Virus record (IMG/VR): IMGVR_UViG_3300037846_000120 | Length of the DNA: 64,000 nucleotides | Direction: 5' to 3' (one strand) | From: an uncultured virus (IMG/VR IMGVR_UViG_3300037846_000120) | Lineage: Duplodnaviria; Heunggongvirae; Uroviricota; Caudoviricetes | Translations under genes and position numbers: made by a program | Notes under the pieces: generated by a model | What the model was told of the DNA's origin: nothing | Seen by the model: the letters and a program-made list of their open reading frames with translations, nothing else | Databases searched by the model: none | In this document: piece by piece, positions 57,601 through 64,000 of the stretch | How the letters are laid out: the number at the start of each line of letters is the position of its first letter | How positions within the stretch are numbered: position 1 is the first letter of the stretch

Positions 57601-60600
57601 ATCAGCGTGAGATTTACGACACCCTGGCCGAAGCGTGGCAGCATGTGCTGCGCAACATCAACGCGGCGCTGAAAAGCACCAAAGCCGAGAAAGACGGCCG
57701 CGCCAAGGGCGCAGCCTATTCGGCATTTTGGGGCGCGCATCAGCGCTTCTTCAATCAGATCGTCACGGCGATGCAGATGCCGACCGTCATCAAGGCGGTC
57801 GAGAAAGACATCGAAGCCGGCCGGCAAGCGGTGCTGCAACTCACCAACACCAACGAGGCATCACAGGAGCGCGCCGCCGCCAAGGCTCAGTCGGCTGAGG
57901 AAATCGAAGATTTGGACATCACGCCGCGCGACCAGATCATCCAGCTTGTCGAGCATTCGTTCCCGACCCAAGCCTATGAAGAATATATCGACGACAAAGG
58001 CAAAAAGCGCGCCCGACCGGTGCTAAATTCAAAGCGCGAGCCGGTACAAGATCGCGGCGCCGTTGCAGCGCGCGCGCGCCTGATCGAAGAACTTGCCTCG
58101 ATCCGGGTGCCGCAAGGCCCGCTCGAAATGATCCTCGATCACTTCGGCATCGATACCGTCGCCGAAGTGACCGGCCGCGGCCGGCGCTTTGTGCGCAAGC
58201 CCGACGAGAAGACCGGCGAAATGCGCCGCGTCGAGGAAAGCCGGCCGGGCTCGTCCAACATCGCCGAAACCGACAATTTCCAGGCCGGCAAGAAAAAGGT
58301 GCTGGTGTTCTCCGAAGCCGGCGGCACCGGGCGCTCGTATCACGCCGACAATACTGCGCCGTCGAAAGACGCGCGGCGCGCACATTACGTGGTGCAGGGC
58401 GGCTGGCGGGCCGACAAGGCGGTGCAGGGCCTTGGCCGCACGCACCGCTCCAATCAGGCGAGCGCGCCACTGGTGCGGCTGCCGACCACGGACCTGCCGG
58501 GACAAAAGCGCTTCATTTCCTCGATCGCGCGGCGCCTGGGGCAACTCGGCGCGCTGACCAAAGGCGAGCGCAAGGCCGGCGACCAGGGCATCTTCAACGC
58601 CCGCGACAATCTGGAAAGCATCGAAGCAACGACTGCGCTCACGCAGTTTTTCAAAGACGTGGTGAATGGCGCGGTGCCGGACATCACCGTCAATGACTTC
58701 GAAGAACAGACCGGCCTCAGTCTGCGACTGACGGACGACGACGGCCGGGTCATGGGCATGGCGACCGACTTCCCGCCCATCACGCAATTCCTCAACCGGC
58801 TGCTGTCGCTTAAGATCGACATGCAGAACCGCGTCTTTGACGCATTCTCCGAGCGGCTCGACGCCGTGATCGAAGCGCGCCGCGAGGCCGGCTTGCTCGA
58901 CGTCGGCATGGAAACCGTCCGCGCCGACAAGATCACCAAGGCAAGCGAGCAGACCGTGCACACGGTCGAAGGCTCCGGCGCCGAGACGAAATACGTCAAG
59001 CTCCAGGTCTCAAAAAAGTTTGTGCCCACCGAATTCGATAAGGTCGCCTCGAACGAATGGCGGCCGGTCGAAGCCTGGCTCGAAAGCCCAAACGGCAAGG
59101 TGTACGCCGCAGCGAAGGCGCCGAGCCTGACGGATAGCAGCGGCAAGATCATCGATAATTTCCGCCTCGTCAGTCCGGTGTCCGATTCGCGCACCGTGCC
59201 GAAACTCAACATCGAGAAGCCCGACAGCAAGTGGAAAAAGATCGAGCGCAGCGAGGCGTCGGCGCTCTGGCGCAAGGAGATCGCTGCGGCGCCGGAGTTC
59301 ATCACGCGTGACATGCACCTGATCACCGGCGCAATTCTGCCGATTTGGGACCGGCTCAAAGGCAATCCGCGCGTGGTGCGGCTGCAAACCGACAATGGCG
59401 AGCGGCTGATCGGGCGTGTGGTGCCCAACGAAGCCATTGCCGCCACGCTCAAGGCGCTCGGCGCCGAAGCGCAATTCAGCCGCGTCACGCCGCCAGAACT
59501 ATTCCATAAGATCGCCGCCGGCGGTCGCGCCACACTGGCGAATGGCTGGACCTTGAGCCGGCGCCTCGTCGCCGGCGAGCAGCGCATCGAGCTCAATCCC
59601 CGCGGTGTCTCATTCAGCGAGGCCCGGGAGCTTAAGCGCGACGGTGTTTTCAGCGAGATCATCGATTACAAGATGCGCTACTTCGTGCCGATGGAGGCGC
59701 GGCGCGGCGCCCTTGTCCTCGGCAAGCTGACCGAGTACCGGCCGATCGCCGACATCCAGGAAGCGGGAGCGGCGCCGGACGACATGGCCGCCGGCGACGA
59801 GCCGATGTTCTCGATCCGCGGGACCGCGGCCAAAGACGGCCGCGAGGGTGCCGTCAAAGCCGAAAGCGACCAACTGGCGGAAGCGGTCGCGCGTCGCATC
59901 TTCCCGGAGCTGCGCATCGAACTCGACAAGCTCGGGCTGGAAGACGTCGACCTCAATCTGCCGGGCAAGCTCACGGCGCGCACCGGCGGCAAGACCTATC
60001 TGCTCAACGGGCATTATCTGGATCGAACCATCACGGTCGCGCTCGATGCCGACAACATCCGGCAGACCATGCACCATGAGGTGTTGCACGCGCTCCGCGA
60101 TCTCGGGCTGTTCAAGGACGGCGAGTGGGGCATTCTCTCGACCAAGGCGCGGCAGGCCTGGCGCAAGCAGTATCCGATCGACCGGCTCTACAGTCACCTG
60201 GACGACGAAGGCAAAGACGAGGAAGGCGTCGCCCACGCCTACGCCGATTGGGCCGCCGGAAAAGCAACGGTCGATGGCCGTATTGCGCGGCTGTTCAAGC
60301 GCATCAAGGCTTTCTTCGAGGCGCTGCGCAACGCGCTGCATGGCCTTGGCTTCAAGACCGCCGAGGATGTGTTCAAAGACATCCGCTCCGGCGAAGTCGG
60401 CCGGCGCGATCGTGCCGGCGTTGGCGGCGAGCCGATGTTCTCCGTGCGCGACGACGCGGCGCCGGCGGCGCTGAAGGACAACCCCAAGCTCAGCGCCCGC
60501 ATCCGCGAGCGCATCGAAGCCGCGCTCGACAGCAAGTTCGCGCACAAATTCATCGAAGGCACGCAAGACCTGTCGCACCCGGTCAAGCTGTTGCAGCGCG

Positions 60601-62906
60601 ACCTTGAGGAGCGCCGCTCCGGCGCTTTCGCGGATCCCGAGGACTTCTATACCAGGAAGCGCCTTTATCCCGGTCGCGTCGGAGCCTGGACCGATACGTT
60701 CAACCGCAAACACCTTGATCCGATAGTCAACCTCCTCAAATCGAATGGCATCAGCCTGCAGGAAGCCAGCGACTACCTCTATGCGTTGCACGCGGCCGAG
60801 CGCAACGCTGCCATCGACAAGATCAATCCGGGGCTCGGTGGCGAAGGCTCGGGCATGTCGAACGATGAGGCCGAGAAAATCCTGGCCGAAGCCAAGCGCG
60901 CGGGGAATGCCGCGGCGTTCGACGAGCTGCGCCAGCGCGTCGACGGCATCCGCAATCTGATCCTCGACGTGATGGAGAAAAGCGGCCTGGAAAAGCCCGA
61001 AGTCATCGCCGAGTGGAAAAAGCGCTACCAAGAATACGTGCCGCTGCGCGGCTGGGAGGTCGAGCCCGACGACGCGCCGGGCGAATTCCGCGGCGCCGGC
61101 GCCGGCTTCAACATCCGCGGCAAAGAGGTCAAGCAGGCGTTCGGCCGGCGCTCGAAAGCCGATAACCCGCTCGTCAACCTGTTCGACCAGGCGTACCGCA
61201 CCTTCGACCGCGCCGAGCGCAACCGCTATCTGCAATCGCTGTTCCGCGCGATCGACGATCTCGGCGAGGACGCCGACGACATCGCCACGCTCGATAAGGG
61301 CAAGCCGCGGCGCGAGATCAATCCGCGCACCGGCCTGGTGCGCACCGTTGAAACCTCAAGCCAGTACGGCAACCCCAAGGCGGTCAATCTCAAATTCGAC
61401 GGCAATCCGCACTTCATCGTGTTCCGCGATCAGCAGCTCGCCGAAGCGGTCAAGCGGATGGGCGCCGGATCGCTCGGCATCTTGCAGCCGGTGCTCATCC
61501 TACAAAACAAGATGAAGGCGATGTGGACGCACTACTCGCCGGACTTCCTGTTTCGCCACTTCATGTTCCGCTACCCGATCGAGGGCGCGCTCAACTCCTT
61601 CGAGCAGAAGGAGGGCGGCGCCCACAAGGTCTCACAATACGTCCGCGAGGCGTTTCCGTTCATGGGCACGGCGAGCAAGGCGATCTTCGCGTCCAATCGC
61701 GGCGAGATCAGCAGCGACCCCGAAATCGCCCGGATGCAGAAGGAGTGGGACATGATGCGCCGCGGCGGTGGCGCCATGATGTTCCGCAACATGCGCGACA
61801 CCGACCTGACGCGTGAGCACCTGGAAACTCGGCTCAAAGACCTGTCCGACAGCCCGTTGCAGAACGCGCGCGCCAAGTGGCGGCACGGCGTCGAGGCGAT
61901 GGATGTTGTCACCAACGCGCTCGACAATGCGCTGCGGCTCGCCGCATTTTCTTCTGCTCTGAGGCAGGGAAAGACCGTACAGCAGGCGAACTTCATCGCC
62001 CGCGAGGCCACCATCGACTTCCAGCTCAAGGGCCTGTGGTCGAACCTCATGGGCATCCTGTTCCCGTTCGCCAATCCGGCGGTGCAGACCGCAGCGCGGA
62101 TGACAAAAGCGGTGTCGCGCTCGAAGATCATGCGCCGTGTGTTCATGGGGACGATGCTGGCGGGTTTCCTGACATCGGCATACAACTATCTCATCGGCGG
62201 CGACGACAAGGACGGCACCCCGTTCTTCGACAAAATCCCGGAGTGGGATCGCCGCCTCAACTTCATCATCCTCAGTCCGATCAAGGATGCGAAGGGCCGG
62301 CCCGAGCCGATCAAAATTCCGATGCCGTACAATTGGGCGTTCCCGCTGATGCTGGGCTACGCCTTCGGCGGTTTCATGTTCGGCAAGGAAGGCCCGCGCA
62401 AGCTGATGAGTATGGTGCTGCACTCGGCGCTGGAAACCTTCACCCCGCTCGGCTCCGAAGGCAATCTCGCCGCCGAGTTCACGCCGTCGACGCTGCGCCC
62501 CGTTACCTACATCTACACCAATCTCGATTGGGCCGGCCGGCCGGTGCACGCCGATCCGACATTCCAGAAACACCCGAACTCCTATTCAGGGCGCCGGACC
62601 ACGGGAGAAGGCTGGAAGGACCTGGCCGCGGGCGTCAACACTGCAACCGGCGGCAGCCCGGCAAAGTCAGGTGTGATCGACATCTACCCGGAAGATTACC
62701 GGGAAATGATGGATCAGTTCGTCGGCACACAGCTCCGGCTCGGGCAGAACGTGTGGGATACGGTGTCGGCGCCGATCAAGGGCGAGTGGCCCGATCCGGG
62801 CAAAGTCCCGCTCGGCCGCGTCGTCTTTGGCACCGATTACGATGCCGCCGATCGCGCCCGCGGCTATGAGCTGCGCGACAAGCTCAAGCATCCGTGGAAA
62901 CGCTGA
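54681..62906 (+). CDS. giant DarB-like polyvalent protein: N6-adenine MTase, Strawberry-notch SF2 helicase, zincin HExxH, LPD38-like C-terminus (true start possibly 54762)
   Basis: IEPSAGTG and VMNPPFS; YFIGDGTGVGKGR, DESH, QGLGRTHRSNQ; HHEVLH; C-terminal FPF.N...Q and IP.PY motifs. Confidence 0.88.
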   Translation: MIRCPNFRSDKVREDFNGVLQRLGGVAMSADDIAPRQPYLAKLNETQIAAYHTAHYLWNAHKKVGDILDFLDALDAVNNALEAPVNAPEQPSDATKPPDHATERPKNAPIAPKDAQAPETGPSSSEAAPLSNLPSIELARSLLERLRAGKPITSKILQEEAGLSYGGKLSEGRFDRKDMADALELAVNMHIAQDPALRVTGDDWRGPIAKLDALLSKLPTQRVRSDEQVSFQQFSTPPTYAAAATYAANLREGDTLIEPSAGTGSIVAAAMRPGVKIIANELSERRTALLRALIGSDGKVFRENAEQLNNVLPDDVKPNVAVMNPPFSQTAGRMGDRKVPMVAPMHIEQALKRLEDGGRLVAIVGRGMTMGQPGYRAWWSKISAEYTVRANIGVDGKVYEKYGTTFGTRLLVIDKIAPSGDSKPVLADAQTVEDLMRLLEPIRNGRSADNQGEQRVGEPGGAQVDHARSEADAGPALLAPPPTGGVGTDEQGAGRLASERSVRAGRSDTASVRVERGQRDELAFQQSERPGQAGATGEPAKAAAGDGQAGARRGARAQRDLQPSGEPKSGLAAGGERVELEHAAPGTQGASEISDSLYDNYKPQRVRVAGAKPHPSKLVESAAMASVSPPTPTYKPNLPRAVIEKGLLSDAQLEAVVYAGEAHGKMLPAAEGETAKRKGYFIGDGTGVGKGREISGIFLDNWNQGRRRGVWVSEKNTLLEDAKRDWSGLQQNPNLIFNIGKVKTGEPIQTKQGIGFVTYDTLKGGMSDQAALSRGEFVRKQQVKVNGQSGKVAKFGKTSGGQPGQITVNLDNGSTVTVPSNEVQALEKANIKSRVDQIVDWLGEDFDGVIALDESHNMANATGGKGDRGKKDAAMKAIAGMELQKRLPNARVVYDSATGATEVSNLAYADRLGLWGRGTPFASREAFVTQVEEGGIAAMELIARDMKALGLYTARNLSYDGVEYDRLEHKLDENQREIYDTLAEAWQHVLRNINAALKSTKAEKDGRAKGAAYSAFWGAHQRFFNQIVTAMQMPTVIKAVEKDIEAGRQAVLQLTNTNEASQERAAAKAQSAEEIEDLDITPRDQIIQLVEHSFPTQAYEEYIDDKGKKRARPVLNSKREPVQDRGAVAARARLIEELASIRVPQGPLEMILDHFGIDTVAEVTGRGRRFVRKPDEKTGEMRRVEESRPGSSNIAETDNFQAGKKKVLVFSEAGGTGRSYHADNTAPSKDARRAHYVVQGGWRADKAVQGLGRTHRSNQASAPLVRLPTTDLPGQKRFISSIARRLGQLGALTKGERKAGDQGIFNARDNLESIEATTALTQFFKDVVNGAVPDITVNDFEEQTGLSLRLTDDDGRVMGMATDFPPITQFLNRLLSLKIDMQNRVFDAFSERLDAVIEARREAGLLDVGMETVRADKITKASEQTVHTVEGSGAETKYVKLQVSKKFVPTEFDKVASNEWRPVEAWLESPNGKVYAAAKAPSLTDSSGKIIDNFRLVSPVSDSRTVPKLNIEKPDSKWKKIERSEASALWRKEIAAAPEFITRDMHLITGAILPIWDRLKGNPRVVRLQTDNGERLIGRVVPNEAIAATLKALGAEAQFSRVTPPELFHKIAAGGRATLANGWTLSRRLVAGEQRIELNPRGVSFSEARELKRDGVFSEIIDYKMRYFVPMEARRGALVLGKLTEYRPIADIQEAGAAPDDMAAGDEPMFSIRGTAAKDGREGAVKAESDQLAEAVARRIFPELRIELDKLGLEDVDLNLPGKLTARTGGKTYLLNGHYLDRTITVALDADNIRQTMHHEVLHALRDLGLFKDGEWGILSTKARQAWRKQYPIDRLYSHLDDEGKDEEGVAHAYADWAAGKATVDGRIARLFKRIKAFFEALRNALHGLGFKTAEDVFKDIRSGEVGRRDRAGVGGEPMFSVRDDAAPAALKDNPKLSARIRERIEAALDSKFAHKFIEGTQDLSHPVKLLQRDLEERRSGAFADPEDFYTRKRLYPGRVGAWTDTFNRKHLDPIVNLLKSNGISLQEASDYLYALHAAERNAAIDKINPGLGGEGSGMSNDEAEKILAEAKRAGNAAAFDELRQRVDGIRNLILDVMEKSGLEKPEVIAEWKKRYQEYVPLRGWEVEPDDAPGEFRGAGAGFNIRGKEVKQAFGRRSKADNPLVNLFDQAYRTFDRAERNRYLQSLFRAIDDLGEDADDIATLDKGKPRREINPRTGLVRTVETSSQYGNPKAVNLKFDGNPHFIVFRDQQLAEAVKRMGAGSLGILQPVLILQNKMKAMWTHYSPDFLFRHFMFRYPIEGALNSFEQKEGGAHKVSQYVREAFPFMGTASKAIFASNRGEISSDPEIARMQKEWDMMRRGGGAMMFRNMRDTDLTREHLETRLKDLSDSPLQNARAKWRHGVEAMDVVTNALDNALRLAAFSSALRQGKTVQQANFIAREATIDFQLKGLWSNLMGILFPFANPAVQTAARMTKAVSRSKIMRRVFMGTMLAGFLTSAYNYLIGGDDKDGTPFFDKIPEWDRRLNFIILSPIKDAKGRPEPIKIPMPYNWAFPLMLGYAFGGFMFGKEGPRKLMSMVLHSALETFTPLGSEGNLAAEFTPSTLRPVTYIYTNLDWAGRPVHADPTFQKHPNSYSGRRTTGEGWKDLAAGVNTATGGSPAKSGVIDIYPEDYREMMDQFVGTQLRLGQNVWDTVSAPIKGEWPDPGKVPLGRVVFGTDYDAADRARGYELRDKLKHPWKR
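56011..56415 (+). CDS. putative nested +1-frame gene (134 aa) inside the giant ORF linker
   Basis: globular W/L/Y-containing sequence with GC3-rich codons while the main frame is R/G/A/Q shadow-like. Confidence 0.6.
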   Translation: MGAQRTIKENSASVNLAARRWIMLALKQMPDPHYLHLLQLAEWGLTNKAQGDWPPNDQYALEDQIRHLFGWSAANVMSWLFSNPNGPDKPEQQASLLKLLRETDKPERAAAHVLNAIYSRQVSQNPALQPAASE

Positions 62907-63167
62907 GCGGTTTAGCGCGCCAGGATGCGATAGATGCTGCGGGCACGCGCCGTCGATAACATCTTCCTCGCGCCACGGCGGATGCGAACGCCGTGCCTGC
63001 GCTGGCCGAGGCGGAAACCGACGCCAAGTGTCCGATCATAGTTCTGCCATTGCATCGACGCGCGAACGCCGGGAACGATCCGACGCACAAGAGCCACTAA
63101 CCGACGCGCGATCAGTTCTTCGTGCCTCAATATTTTTCCCCTGCTCCGCCACACGGAGCGCTGTCAC

Positions 63168-63210
63168 CGCCGCCCTGGCCGCGAGGCCGGGGCGGGCTTT
63201 TTTGTTTTTC
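63168..63210 (+). terminator. intrinsic terminator ending the late operon
   Basis: CCGCCCTGGCC-GCGA-GGCCGGGGCGG then a T-tract. Confidence 0.7.
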
Positions 63211-63215
63211 GGCGG

Positions 63216-63335
63216 TTAGTGGTGATATTTGCACCAGCGAGCGTGCCAGTAGGCGCATTTACAATGCCTGCACCACCGCACAAGGCCCAACAATCCAAGG
63301 ATTGATACCTGCCACCATCTGATTTCCGATTTCAT
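63216..63335 (-). CDS. small Cys/His/Trp-rich protein
   Basis: ATGA coupling, GGAGG RBS. Confidence 0.45.
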   Translation of the reverse strand: MKSEIRWWQVSILGLLGLVRWCRHCKCAYWHARWCKYHH

Positions 63336-63538
63336 GACACCTCCCGCCACCGACCAATGCGCACCCACTCCCCCGGCATACAGCCACCGCCATCTACGCG
63401 AAGCGCGCCGCCTTCGGTTCGCCAATAGCCTTCGCGGTGCTGATCCCAGCTTACGCGAGCCCAGCCGCCCGGAAACTTTACCTCGATCAGGCGCCCATCC
63501 TTCGGTGCTGTACCGATCGCGTAGTCTTGATTGCTCAT
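63332..63538 (-). CDS. DUF551-like protein
   Basis: IGTAPKDG...W...W..WR; ATGA coupling. Confidence 0.6.
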   Translation of the reverse strand: MSNQDYAIGTAPKDGRLIEVKFPGGWARVSWDQHREGYWRTEGGALRVDGGGCMPGEWVRIGRWREVS

Positions 63539-63747
63539 GGTGCGGGCCTCACTGTCTCCATCATAAAATGGAGAATGCAAAACGGAAGGTGCAAGTCCAA
63601 TCCTGTCCGATGGGCGATAAAGCCAACTTCGATAATCGGCACAAAGCCGCCCGTCATCCAGACATGCAGCCTTCCGAATTTGCGCTTCCAGATGATGTCA
63701 AGCGGCGGAGAGGGCCGGAAGCCGAAGGTGATTAAAAAGTGCGTCAT
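63535..63747 (-). CDS. hypothetical protein
   Basis: GAGGAG RBS; ATGA coupling on both sides. Confidence 0.5.
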   Translation of the reverse strand: MTHFLITFGFRPSPPLDIIWKRKFGRLHVWMTGGFVPIIEVGFIAHRTGLDLHLPFCILHFMMETVRPAP

Positions 63748-64000
63748 GCCGCTCTCCTCTCCGGGAACAACCGGCCATCGGCGCGCACGCGCCCCTGGCC
63801 CGAATAGACCAAAAAGCCCATGTCCTTCAGCCGCACAATCGCGTGCTTCACCGAATTGGTGTGGATCGAATAACCGCACGTACTCGCCAACTCCTCGCGG
63901 GTGCAGTCGTCGGGGTAGATGGTGGTGAGCTGGGTCAGCAGCTTGTCGGTCGGCTCACCGAGAATGGCGGTGATCCGCTCACGCATTTCGGTGGCGTCGC
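63744..64000 (-). CDS. C-terminal winged-helix of a protein truncated by the window edge
   Basis: TREELA...GYS......AIVRLKDMGFLVY. Confidence 0.6.
   Translation of the reverse strand, partial: DATEMRERITAILGEPTDKLLTQLTTIYPDDCTREELASTCGYSIHTNSVKHAIVRLKDMGFLVYSGQGRVRADGRLFPERRAA

Noticed and set aside
62912..63154. 80-aa minus-strand ORF after the giant gene
   Set aside because: Uncertain start and no recognisable motif; cannot be supported.

Overview
GC-rich alphaproteobacterial DNA, probably Hyphomicrobiales judging from gene content. Bases 1-5063 are host chromosome: KamA/EpmB radical-SAM enzyme, methyltransferase, tRNA-Glu, glyoxalase I, CobB sirtuin, cold-shock protein, DUF192 and tRNA-Pro. 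From the tRNA-Pro 3' end to the window edge lies an apparently intact temperate podovirus-like prophage of more than 59 kb; attR was not seen. It has a tyrosine integrase, a leftward early operon (Dda/RecD helicase, Sak4-like ATPase, HNH, GIY-YIG), a cI/cro switch with five readable operators, a replication initiator, a Q-like regulator and tRNA-Thr. These are followed by terminase, portal, N4-gp56-type capsid, tailspikes, lysis genes, P22-like tail and ejection genes, and a 2,700-aa DarB-like polyvalent protein. The most unusual signals are: (1) a 12-bp palindrome RTCACGCGTGAY found 13 times across the prophage and never in the host flank; (2) a coupled divergent SAM-decarboxylase-family plus PurD-like ATP-grasp cassette inserted between ejection-protein genes; (3) apparent +1-frame genes nested in the linkers of both large ejection proteins; (4) a canonical parS core inside a virion gene; (5) an adjacent strongly acidic and protamine-like basic micropeptide pair; (6) a predicted four-way-junction RNA after the phage tRNA. 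All protein family calls come from motif recognition by eye, not from database searches.
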